A DNA stretch of 63,630 nucleotides, counting the filler, from Folioceros fuciformis (Eukaryota), in assembly GCA_049999805.1 (NCBI GenBank). It is 6 parts of 6 records of this genome, joined end to end, with 100 filler letters (N's around TTAATTAATTAA, not from the genome) between each part and the next. Parts side by side here need not be neighbours in the genome. Positions count along the whole stretch, not along the records: positions 12,421 to 21,423 come from JBNGIO010001019.1; positions 21,524 to 25,865 come from JBNGIO010001020.1; 4 more parts are not named here. One strand, written 5' to 3'. The position numbers and the translations under genes are program-made. Shown here piece by piece: positions 12,421 to 24,500 of this stretch (position 1 is the first letter of the stretch; each line of letters begins with the position of its first letter). The notes under the pieces were generated by a model that saw only the letters and a list, made by a program, of their open reading frames with translations, was not told the DNA's origin and made no database searches.

Positions 12421-14941
12421 GTGCAGCCTATAGCAGCCCAGCTGGGGTTCTAGAAGCAGGGACAGCGAGCGACACGCGTCCACACTGCCCTCCAACCTCT
12501 CTCTCACTCTCCAGTCTCCACCCACATGAGCTGGGTCCGACACATATGTGTACATGGTCCAGTCCCTGGTCTTTAACCACCACCCTCTCCCGGCCCCGCC
12601 GGGAGGCTTCCTGTGCCTCACGCATCAAAGGCTGACGGAACTGGATAAAAAGATTTTAAAAAGGTAAGGACCCCGGCCCCATTCTGCCCGGGCCCAGCTC
12701 ATGACACCTGACTTGAGATAGCAAGTCTTGTCTCATCACTCTCTTCTCAATCCCTCTCAATCTCCATCTCCCTCTCCTCAGCTTCGCCTTTGGAAGCTCA
12801 TGGAAGCAGTGCATGGGCTGGCCCCGTCCCGGTGTACGGACACCCCAACACTCCACAACGACACAGCAACAGCGCAGAGCCAGAGACAGGGAGACAAAAA
12901 GATTAAGAAGGTGATGAGATCGTGTGGGAAACGATTCCGTGTGCCAAGTTAAACTTAACCGCAGTTTAAGTCCGTGTCCGTGTGTGTGTTTCTAGTAGCA
13001 CCTTCTGTGGCCTCGCAAGGCCCATGATCTCATCTCGTGGAACATGGAGGGATGCCATGCCCGGGGCCGTGTCGTGGCGTCAACCGAGAGATCGGCAGTG
13101 ACGGACTGCGCGACTGTTGTCGCCAGTTTCTTGGGCGCTACCGCTACAGCTACAGCTACCCTAACGGTGTGGCCGTTTGGCGGAGTGTGGCGGTGACCAT
13201 CCTTTGACCCGTCCTTGCCCTCCCTCACCTTCACCCTGGCACTGGTCCTTTGCCATCGCCCGGCGTGACAGCCCACCAGCCTTGCAGGCCACCCGCATTT
13301 CCTTCGCCTGCCTTGTATCACCACTGTTGCTGCTGCTTGCCTGTCTGTGGGTCTGGGTCTGGTGGGTCTGGGACCTGGGTCTGGGTAGCAGTCGCAGTCG
13401 CAGTGGTGGTCGCATGGAAGGAAGCAGGAAGCTACCGTCGCGTTGCCGCGCCCTTTCCCCGTCCGCCCACTGGTTTCTCCGCTCCGCACGGCCGCTGCGT
13501 CCACCACTCTGTTGCACGTTTTTAGTGCACACTTCAAATTTCTCTACCACCGCACGCCCACTCCAGTACCGAGGACACACATTCCCAGTCCAGTGCAACT
13601 CCGCATTTTCAACTGCACATTGTCGCAGCCCCGGCCGCGACCCCCGGTCAAGTACGGGACAGAACTGGTCCCTTCGATGCCCGCGCTTCAGGGCGGGGGG
13701 GAGGCGAGCGAGAGCAAGCAGCTCCGAGGCTTCGGATCGGCCTCCTCGGTAACAAGAACTAAGTAACAACTTGTTACGGGAACAAACCAACCTTGAGTGG
13801 AGCAAGGCACGGGCGGCACGGGAATGGGAATCCAATCCGGAAGTGGAACGATTGCAACGTTTACCAAAAGGGAGCTATGCTTAGTGTGTGTGTGGTAGGT
13901 ACTGTGTCAACCCACATGCACATGCACATGTGCTCTCTTCTGTCCAGATGGATTTATATGTGTCGTACGCATCGAGCACGCATCATGCAGCAGCAGCAGC
14001 TGCTGCCGAATCTGCAGCTCGAGGTGCAGAAAATGGCATGTGCAGCCATGGTACTTGTGTGCTCGTACAGATGTATGAATGTCTGAGCCAGCCGCCGGGA
14101 CTCGTCTTTGGTTGTCCTCAAGGGAAGGAGACGAGACGGGGAAAAAATATTCGAAGGGATGACAGGAAGATGAGGCTCCATAAAGCTGCGTGCTTAGAGG
14201 CCACACAGAATCGCTCGAGGTTGCGCACCGCTCACGTCACATGCCACCAGGAAACTGCGACTTGAGAGCCTCACCTCCTTCCTCCAGCCTTGCCCTCCAC
14301 GCAACTCCTGTACGATCCCACCTTCTACAAGCTTCCAATATATTACTGCACTTACGCGCATGGACAGGATCTGGGCCTCACTTCACTCACGGTCCACAGG
14401 CGACAAGCAAAGTGCAAAGTGCCACAGCAACTGCAACTGCAACCGCCTTGCATTGCCTTGCCTTAACGGCCCTGCCCTGCCCTGCCCAGTTCCACCTCAA
14501 ACAGCACGGCGACGCTACCAACAACCGGCGTGACGCCTCGGGTACTGAAGGCCAAGCAGGGAGCACGTCCAGCCTGCCCAACACCCACACCGCACGTTCG
14601 TGCCAACCACACACAAGAAAAACAGCAAGAAGAGCGAGTCTGTTTCAACTCCACCTGGAACGGATTTTTCGTTCCACGGACTTGCTACACACATGCTACG
14701 CAACTCGTACCATAGCTGCCGCTGCTACCACGTTTCCACCCCCTCCCTCTAGGCACCCCATCTGGGTGCGCATCCCGAGAACACTGGAGCAGCAATATTC
14801 CGCCACGCTCAGGCCCCTGCCCCTGCCCCTGCCTTGACCACAAGAAGCCGCCGTGGGTGACGTCCCTGATATGTGAGAGTCAGCACGCCGCTTGTACAAC
14901 TCCAATAGATTTTGCCCTTCATGCAGGTCAGGTACACCTCT

Positions 14942-14994
14942 TCAGTCTCCACCCCGTGGACTGGCCCCATGGTATCTGCGCTCTCGCTCCTGTC

Positions 14995-15038
<44 letters not shown>

Positions 15039-18000
15039 ATAAACTGCTCCGCATCCAAACAACAGACGGCTCAGATGCACTGACCACGGAAAAACAGTGA
15101 CAAGTATGCACCTCCACCAGCCCATTCCGGTCGCTGTCAAACATGCGGAACAACAGATCCAGCTCCTTCTGCGCACCAATACACGTTTAAACCATCACTC
15201 ACAACCGCATCTCCTCACCTATCCCACTGCCCGCACCCGCACCCACACATAACAACATGTCTTACTTTGCGCATGAACCGGGAAGCTGGATGATCACGAA
15301 TTATGCGACGGAACTCCTCCGGGGACACCGGTTTACCAGCAACTGAAGACCACCCAGCCCACCACCCAGATCAAGATACCGAAATACACACATTGCCATA
15401 ATGTATGTATGCCATACGCACCACGCACGACACACACACCTCCACGAGCTATAGATTGGAAGATCTCATCGATGTCGTCCAGGTTCTTGAGCAGGTCACG
15501 CAAAGCTGACAGTTCCTGAACCCGATGCATGCTTCACTGTCAATCCAGATTGTACCCACTACCCCAAAAACTCTGCTCATCACCCTACCTGTTTGCGCTT
15601 CATGTCGGCAAACTTGGGCAAAACACGGTAGACGAAAACCAGGCCCGAGCAAACTGTCAGGGATGCAGTCGCAGCCATTCCCAACACCGCGTAGAAAACA
15701 TCAGGATGTGCTTCCAACCCACTGACCGCAACCACAATATTAGATACCTTCGCGACGCATATCAACACAGGCAAAGGCTGCCACTTTCATACTCGCACAC
15801 ACCATTACCTTATCAGATTCATGCCGAAGAAGTTGGCGGGAACTGTTGCACTGCACACATCACTCCTTCAAATGCCAAATTCCTGAAACAACATGCATGC
15901 ATACCAGTCCAACCAAACTACTGTGCTTCCAACAAACCAGCATGCACAATTGCCAATAAAGGAATCGCCACATACACAGCTAGCGACACAGTTGCAATGC
16001 TGATGAACAAATTCATCCTCATGATGCGGTTGCGGGTTGCATCCAATCCCAGCTCCCAAACCTGCCATCAAACAAGTTATCCACACGCCACAGACGGCCA
16101 TGCCCCTCCACAACCCGTTGTATGCAGTGCTGTTAAAGAGCTGTCACAAAAACTCTTGCGCTACATACCTCTACAGCGGCATCCATATCCTTCTTCAGCT
16201 CTTCCAGAACACCCCCGGCATCATCAATCTGTCGTCAGAACGGACTTCACTAACGCATGGACAAAGCCCGGGAGACTGTTTCCCCCTCCCCCCAATCCTA
16301 CCCATCCAAACACCGTCACTTTGGTTATTTACCTCTCGCAAGTAGGTGATGAACATATCCGCGGCTGCCTGTCGTATCTTTCTCTCGTGGCCCTCGCGCT
16401 GCTCCTCTGAACTCGCCAAGTAGGCCATCTCTGCAACATTTTGCACCCACGTCTTTTTGGTACACGTTTCTCAACACAACTGGCTATGCTTTCACAATCA
16501 CGTTCCTCGTGCACTTCCAGCCATCCAGGATAAGCTGAGTTGAGAATGATACCTGGCGCTGAAACGGAACACAGGGCCTCCAGAATATCATCACTACTTA
16601 GGACCTGGTACAAATGACACCCAGAGTACCGCAGGGTGTCAGGGTGACCAAGATACAAATGTTCAAGCACGAAAACAGCTAACTCTTCTTCATGAACTAG
16701 ATACCACAAGTCTCAACCACTAGGTTGACCTGGTCCATGGCATCGTGGATGTCTCGCACATCATGCTCCACCTCCGTAATTGCACGCTTCAGTGGAAGCA
16801 ACCTCTGCAGCCTGCCAGCAGCTCGGGGAAACCCATCATGGAGTAACAGAAATTCCGGCCTTCACAAAGAATGTTGGTCTACCTTCCTGACTTAAGGGTT
16901 TGCAGGCATGCAGTCCATGGATTTCACATTACCCGCCCATGTTGACATCATTCGTGAGCTCCTCCAGCATTTTCTCCCCGACAACCTTCAGCCTTTCAAC
17001 ATACGAGAAATCAACATAAAAGAAAAAGGACACAGATGAGTGGTGGTGTCACGCAGCCCTCCAGACTTACCTTTCAACCTTTTGGTGGAAGTATTTGCTG
17101 GTCTCTTCCAGTAGGCATTCAATGATCCTGAGGTGGAACGGCATTGGCTCCAAGGGTGCAGGAGGCATAACGTTGGCCTGCTCTGCAATCACTGAAGCAA
17201 AGGCTTGTTTTGCCCTGCATAGATATCCCACCAACTGTATTTACAACAAGAACTGGGCAATTAAATATTCCAGGTCCTTAAAACATTTGATGTCCATGAC
17301 CATCCACCACCTCAAGCAGTTGATCGCACCTTTCCAGTGTTTCAGGATTGCGTAGCTGTGTCTCGAGGTCTGCACCGTCCGACAAAATGGGATTCAATCC
17401 TCGAAACTTTGAGGTACTGCTAGCACGAACATTTTGGGTCACCTTTTCCACTAAAATCCCCTCAAGACTTGCAATCTATGGTACTGTCTAGCCTCGAGAT
17501 CACAGTTGATGCCACCACATGAGTTGCTCAGTATCTAAAGAAGATGACATCCAAAGGAAGAGAGAAATACACAACCCTGCAACAAGCTACCAACCACACC
17601 GAATTTATGTCAAGAAGTACCGGGGTCGAGATGCATCGAACAACAAGGCATGGTCCCGACTGACTAGAGCCCTGACGTTCTCCAGCCTCATAATCACCTG
17701 GGTTTCACCGCACAACCATCAGTGCAGGAGCGGTAACATCACAAACAACAAACCTCTGCAGCAGACCATCAAACAGGTCACCTTGAAGTTCTGCACAGCA
17801 ATGGTAGCACGCTTTGGGATGAACGAACTGCTGACCAGCAAATCCAAGTCTCGGGGATGAATGCCCTGCATAAGGCGTGGGTCAGCTATGCGGAAAGATA
17901 AGGAAAAAACAAAAGCAGCCCTCTATCATCGTATGCTATCGACTACCAGATCTACAGAGCTGACAAGGCGTGGATTGCAACTGCCGTTGCTGTCGATGTC

Positions 18001-18471
18001 TATCACAGAATATTGGGTGCCCACGTCCAAAACAGTGTGCTCGAAGTCGTTGAGCTTTTTCTTGCGTTCCCCGTCTTGTTCGGCATCCTTTTCCCCACCT
18101 GACCTATCGCTGCTCATCCAGCATCTTGGGATGGACACAGGCGTTTGTCCATGCGCCCTCTCCGCAAATCGCAAGACATAGTGCTCTGTTCCGAAAACGT
18201 GTCGTTCAGCTCGTGGGAAAGCTGGAGCTGCATTCTTCAGTGGAGTGTAATCATCTGAGACACAACTCGAAGTCTGACTAGGCCATGACGACGCCCTGTC
18301 GTGCACCCAGCGATCCTGAGTGAAACATGTAAGCCATCGCAACGATGAGCCAGGTTGGCGTCTTCTACCAACGGAGAAGACTTCCTCGGGCACGAGATTG
18401 CACCATGACAGGAGCTTCAAAGCATGCAAACTTCTGCCACAACGAGCTTTCTCACGCAACACCGATCTCAT
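14942..18471 (-). CDS. MRS2: MRS2/CorA-family Mg2+ channel with N-terminal organellar presequence and C-terminal EF-hand pair, 15 exons
   Basis: Phase-consistent GT-AG exons give GIHPRDLDLL, VIMRLENVRALV, MPFHLRIIECLLEE, LQRLLPLKRAI, LDATRNRIMRMNL, TM1, ANFFGMNL (GMN signature, ~15816-15824), TM2 (VFYAVLGMAATASLTVCSGLVFVY), then IFQSIARGVAGKPVSPEEF and LFRMFDSDRNGLVE|RQE. Confidence 0.92.
14998..15036 (-). repeat. Poly(T) tract at the 3' splice site of the last MRS2 intron
   Basis: A run of ~39 A on the plus strand sits directly next to the minus-strand acceptor AG. Confidence 0.85.
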
Positions 18472-18699
18472 CGTCGAGGAAAGTGTCTGCCGGAAACTCG
18501 TGCCTCATGACAAGATTGCCCCCAGGAGCAACACATCCGAGAACATGCGGATTTCGCACGCCGGCCCGAAACGAACTCCAACTGCCTGGAGCATCCCGTC
18601 GAAGCGATACGACCTGGACGGAAGATCCACCCGTCCCGGCGAACTCTTCTCCAAAGGTCTTGCTAATTGAGGACGGACTGGCGGACCAATGGATGGTTG

Positions 18700-21286
18700 C
18701 TACCTGCTGGTCCGTGCGTAATCCCAGGGAGCCAGCTAATGGATGATGGAACGGCCGGCAGACACTGAACTCCCGCGGGCTCGCGCAGTTGGGTGGTGGG
18801 CAAGACAAGGCATCATGGAGGACTGGAAAGTGGACGAAGACGACCAAACGGACACAGTCGTACCACAGGAATCGCTGCACCCCGCTTTCATGAGCCCACT
18901 GAAAGGGCCTGAACAGGAACATGTAAAAGGTGGCAACATTTAGCACCATGAAAGCTGCTCCCATGAGGAAGTACGCCAAGCCTCCCCACCTCTTCCCTGC
19001 ATGGGTGTGCAGGAAAGCTATGTAGAACGGGACAGTAAAGTATCTGAATTCTACCAGAGGGGCAGGAATCAGGGCCGCTGCCACTCCTACAACGAAGACC
19101 AGAACCCACAGTCTGCTCTTCGTCTTGCCTGCAGCACAAGAGAAAACTTGAGGAACAGCACCGCAGGAAAAGCTCGTTTCAACTGATTCGATTTGCGCCT
19201 GCTTACCAAGGTGATAGATGATGGCGCTCCACGACAACACGTAGGCGGGAATCAGCAGATACTTGACACTCCAGTGTGCGCCAAACAATTTCTTCCATAT
19301 GTAAAAGGTGTAGTGACGATTGTCAGCCAACAGATATGGATGCGCATGGCTGCAGACAAAAAGTGACGCCCAATATTATTAACTAGAGTAACTGAGCCCT
19401 ACCTATCTGCCTGCCCCAATCGCAAAGAAGTGATGCAGGAGGATGATCAATGGTTACGTAAAGAAGTGCACCCAACACAAGGCTGCAACACATGCCGAAG
19501 TACAACAAAAAAAGGACTTGCTGCTCCACTTATGTTTCAGTCCTCCCGGAGAGAGAATGTACACAGGAGCAAGAACCATTGCAGTCATCAAGCCAAAATA
19601 CAGGAGCTGTGGGAAGTGCGGTGATACTTTGTGAGCTTCTTTTGCACCTGCAAAATGACATAAAGATAGATTACTTTGTCGCAAGCGTAAAGCAAGACCC
19701 CGTAGGTGTCTCAGGTGCCAATAGTACAGACAGCCCCCGCCAGGATACTTACCAACAACAATGCCCCCATTGTAGAAGACATATATAACGAAGAATGCTA
19801 CCACGGTCACCAGTGGAAAAAAGTTCAGAAAGACTTCGTTCCTCTTCAGCCATGCCAGCCGTGCCATGGACCATGCCTCCAAAACTAACTCTGCAAGAAA
19901 ATGAGCGTTACAATGGACCTGCAAAGATCCGGTTTCTGAGTTGCCCAATACGAGTCCTACACACCTTCAACGTCTTTGGCCAAACTCTTTTCAGAAATTG
20001 CGTGCCCTGCAAACTGGCCTTGTGAGAGCACTGAATCTTTTGACTCAAGTCCTCCTCCGCTTCTTCTTCTCGATCTGGCAGAGGCTACGGGGACATTCAA
20101 CACGCCAGGCAAGGGGTCGATTCCTGGAACCACCTTGCCTTCTTCCTTTGCATTTGGTGCGATATGAAGCATGTCTAGCAACCCCGAGCAAGTTGCAAAT
20201 ACTACCCAGACTACATTTGTTTGTCTAAATAGGATGGCGATGGCTCCAAACTGCACAAGCCACTGGACTCGTTAGTCACTGCAAAGCATAGGAGACATCG
20301 CACCGCAGCATTGCATCTGCACAAGTCATGCCACTATTCTCTACTCTAGCACAGAACTAACCTCCACGGAAAGCATGGTGCAGGGAATGACAGCTCCAGA
20401 CCACCCACCAGCGCGCTGACCCAAAACGATCTTCGAAGAGAAGCCAAGTACATGGCCATAACAGCGGTAGTCGAGCCAACATCAGTGTAGTACAGGAACA
20501 TGAAGAACCAATGGAGAGGATATAACGCCATCACCGCCGCCTTTGCAGACGCTTTCCAGCTACTTATTCCAGGTTCGATCTGCTTAGCAATCTTCTGGAA
20601 GAGAATACAACAAACCAAACCTAGAAATACATTCACTGAGCGAAGCATAACTGAAGAACACAGTGCCGGCAAATTGACAGCCATATCAGTCCACCAAGCC
20701 AGAGGCCGAGCAGTTGCTGCCAATCCCAAAGAGAAAATGTACCTAACACAAGGCACTCCCATCAACAAGCAATCCTGGAGACTGCGAGCAGCAGAATTAC
20801 AAAAAATAATCAGATAACTTCACGAGTGGTAGAAGGGAATACAAGCCAGGGAAGGTGGTGATCATCGGATCCCAGCTCCAGATTTCCCCCCTGCAATATT
20901 GCTGAGCCTGCGGGATATGAAAAATTTCGTCCTGTGAACAACCAACCATGTGTCAGAGTGCTGATCCTTAAACCACCGACTATTTGTCTGTCCGAGTTCA
21001 GATCCCTGTACCACCAACCAAGTGTAAGAGAACTGATCCTAAAACCACTACGAAAGCTCCCCCAAGCTGCAAAGCTCACATATCTAACGGCTTACAAGCA
21101 AAATTCAAAGACGGCATCGAAATCGTTCCTCAAGCCTGTGTCACGAACCATGTAGGGGTCTGGAACGACAAGGTTGACAAGAACGGCGGGTACCAAACAA
21201 AGAACGACGATAGACCCGAGGATTAACGAGAAAGCTGCAATCCATGACGGACACCGTTCACCAATCCTCCACGCATCCCTGATCAT
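18700..21286 (-). CDS. ALG10: Dol-P-Glc alpha-1,2-glucosyltransferase (DIE2/ALG10)
   Basis: Exons encode [20 protein letters not shown]...[68 protein letters not shown] and QRFLW. The final Trp codon is split by an intron (TG|G TAG at 18703-18700). The start codon is uncertain (alternative ATG at 21343). Confidence 0.93.
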
Positions 21287-21423
21287 TTTCACCGGATCGG
21301 AAGCTGGTGCTCGCTCCTGCACAGTCTGGTTCTCGCGCTGCATTTCACATTGCGGCTGGACCCACTCCAAAGATCCCTCGAGCGAGCAGGGGATGCTAAC
21401 GGCAGAACTACACAGAACACAGC

Positions 21424-21523
21424 NNNNNNNNNNNNNNNNNNNNNNNNNNNNNNNNNNNNNNNNNNNNTTAATTAATTAANNNNNNNNNNNNNNNNNNNNN
21501 NNNNNNNNNNNNNNNNNNNNNNN
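21424..21523. other. Artificial contig spacer
   Basis: 44 N + TTAATTAATTAA + 44 N. Confidence 0.99.
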
Positions 21524-24500
21524 ACTCTCAACCCTCAAGCCTCTACTCCAACACTTCTCCAGCACTTCAAATCTTTGCTCCAGCACTTCAACTCGTCAAC
21601 CCTTCGCCTCCACGTCTCACTCCTGGATTTTGGAACACAGCAGCCCCTCACTTGCAATCGTTGAGGCCGGGATGTGCAAAACAGCCCCTCACTTGCAATC
21701 GTTGAGGCCGGGATGTGCAAAACTAGGCTGGATAGCCCCCTCGGCTCACAGCCCTGCAATCCATCGCCTTGGAAACCCCTTAGGGACGTCAAGGTACCCC
21801 AACCACCCAACCAGCCTGCAAGAAAGGTTAGGCCCTGCGGATCTGGCCACCCAGATCTCAGCAATTTTTGGAGCCGCCACGTTTCCCTAGTGGCATGGGG
21901 AATCAAGGCCGAGGTGCATCTGCACACTGGATTAATCCCTCTAACCCAGCAGCCTGCACACAAGGTCAAGGGCACTCTTCACCAAAAAAAGCCTCCCCCT
22001 CAATGACAGGCCTGGCCTCTGATACTCCTTGGTCAAGAACCCCTGTCCCTGCCTAACCAGGTCAGCGCGCCTCAGACAGAACCCTCCACTCGTCAAAACC
22101 CTAAACCTAACTCTGACCTAATCTTAACCCTAACTCTGACCTAACCTACCCCCGACTTGCGGCCCTAGTTGCTCCTATCAAAATTAATCAACCTCTCCAA
22201 TCTACCTCTCTCGACACTCCCTTCCCGGATCATCCCTTTCCCTCATATCACCCTCAACCCTTCAGAATCTCCATCTTCTTCCGATACTTCCACTCCCCAC
22301 CCTGCTGGTCAAGCAGACCGAGAAGGTCTGCCCCTATAGCTGAACTGCTAGACACAACTCATCAGCCTCGTGTCCCTGCTCTCTAATGTGTGCATGCAGC
22401 TGCTTCCCTTCCTTACTACTGCAGCTTCTACGCTTGTAGCGGCCTCCACACTTGCAGAACTTAGCTTCCATCCCCTTGCTCCGCAACCTATGGAGAGATG
22501 CACCAGGTCCAGCAAAGCCAAGTGGTGTTCGTGTTTCTCCTGTCCCAAGTCCCTGTACTCGAGAGGCCCTTCCGACAGCTCCGATTCGTCTTTCAACACC
22601 TCATGTGAACCATGCTTTCATCGGTCAACCCCTTCCCTATACACGGGTGCGCTCCCGAGGAGGGCATAGAACTCCCCATCCAGGGCCATCTCCCTATGGC
22701 TTGCGTCCCAGCCTTCCAACCATCTGTTTGCCTGACCGTCCAGCTTGCCTTCCTGCTGGGCTGCGCAGCCTGCCTTGGCGTTCCGGGCAGGCATCCACAC
22801 CCGCTAGCCCGCCTTCCGGATCCAGCCCCTACAACCAAATCAGCCCGCCTACTTGGGATCCCGTAGCCAGGCCGCTGCCTGCTTCCGAATTCGGCCCAAG
22901 CCGCCCGGATCTGCGCCGCTCACTGGCCTAGATCCGGTGCCACCGCTGGGCTGCTGAGAGCCCGCCGCCGATTGCCCCCGACTCACGCCCGATAGCCTTA
23001 TTGGATCCACCTACCGGCCAGGCCGCATGTCGCTGTTCGTGCTGTTGGGCCGCCTGCAGCTGGTAGGCCGGTCTGGGCTGCCTACCTGCGCTGGACCAGG
23101 CTGCCTGCCTCCAGCCATCCCCCAGCCAACTAGCCAAGCAAGCGGCCGCTGCTGGTCCGGTTGTCCACCAGGCTGCTTGCCAGGCCGCCGGCAAGCCGGC
23201 CTGCACCTCAGCAGCCGCCACGGACAGCTCCAACCGCGCAGATCCAGCAGCCAGCCAGGATTCGGCGCCACACCGAATCCACGTCGGCCAGGATTCAGCA
23301 CTGCCTCTGGCCTGCCTGCCTAGCCTGCTTGTTGGTTGCTTGGTAGGTAGGATCCGCCTGCCAGGCCACCTTCGGCCGGCCTGCCATCCCGGCCGGATTC
23401 GCCCCCTGCAGCCTAGCTGCTGACCCCAATTCAGCTAGCCCGCCGACTGGCCATGGTCCAGCCAGTCGGCCTGGCTGCTTGGACCCGCAGGTCCGCCTGC
23501 TTGCTTCAGCCCCTGCCACCACCAACGGTCCGCCATGATCCACTCCAGTCTCACCTAACCAGCTCTGGCAAGTCGACCAGCAGGCCGCTACATGCCTGGA
23601 CTCCACCACCGTCTGCTACAACCTGGAGCGTCCTATCTTCGACCTTGGCAGCCGCCCGTCTAGACTACCCTGCTACCTGCCATGATCCCACTTTGGCCTG
23701 CCACCATCCGGTCGCTACCCACCTGGCCTGGCTCCGACTGCCGCTAGGCCGCCTGCCGGCCTCCCTATGCGGCCCCGGTGGCTTGCCTCCAGCCTTCCGG
23801 ATCTTTCGGCCAAACCGGCTAGCCTAGCAGCCAGGCAGCTTGCCCAAAGGCCACCTGTGCCCCGCCTGTTAGATGCCTGGCCAGATCCGGCCAACCAACC
23901 TTCCCAGTCCAGCCTGCTGAACACCATCTAGGCCAGACTTAGATTCGCTGCCAACCAGCCACCCTGCCTACCTTCTGGATCTGGCCAGCTAGCCAGCCGA
24001 TTGGAGTCGACTGGCAAGCCTGCCTCGCTTGGTTGCCTGGCCGCGGCCCAGCCCGCCTGTTGTGGGTCTGCTGCTGCAGCTAGCTAGCGTTGCCTGGTGA
24101 TCCGGCAAGGCACCGTCCTTGCTCCGCCCCAGATTCAGCTCCAGCCTCTCGGCCTGGATCTGGCCAACCCTTCCGAATCCGGCCCCAGCCGTCTGGAGCC
24201 CCACCTCCCATGCAACCAGCCTTTAGCACTAGCCAGACCGCCTGCACAGAGGCCACACGCCGGCCTCCTACCTTGATCCAGACTCGCACGCCAGCCAACA
24301 ACCCTGTCCACCCGGCACTCCGATCGCCCCGGCTGCTCGCTTGCAGCGGCTTCCTGCTTGCCCGGCCTGGTTGCCTGGCTCAAGTCCCCCCGGCCAGCTT
24401 CTGCAAACCAAGCAGTCTACCTGCTAGATCCAGCCCAGCCCCCCCTAATCTGCTCTGGTCCACCTGCTGAATGCCTGTGCCTGCCCGGAGCTGCCATCGC

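Noticed and set aside
12421-14900. Multiple overlapping ORFs of 100-220 aa on both strands
   Set aside because: GC-rich, microsatellite-laden sequence with no recognisable domain or coherent exon chain. Probably MRS2 3' UTR plus intergenic DNA. I recognised no conserved miRNA, but an ncRNA cannot be excluded.
14998-15036. Poly(A) run as a retroposon tail or poly-Lys/Phe coding sequence
   Set aside because: It is the polypyrimidine tract of a minus-strand intron, with no TSD or SINE body.
15529-16410. 293-aa plus-strand ORF
   Set aside because: Antisense shadow of MRS2 exons and introns with no protein-like features.
22096-22150. Telomere-like CCCTAA motifs
   Set aside because: Few, degenerate and internal, so not a telomeric array.
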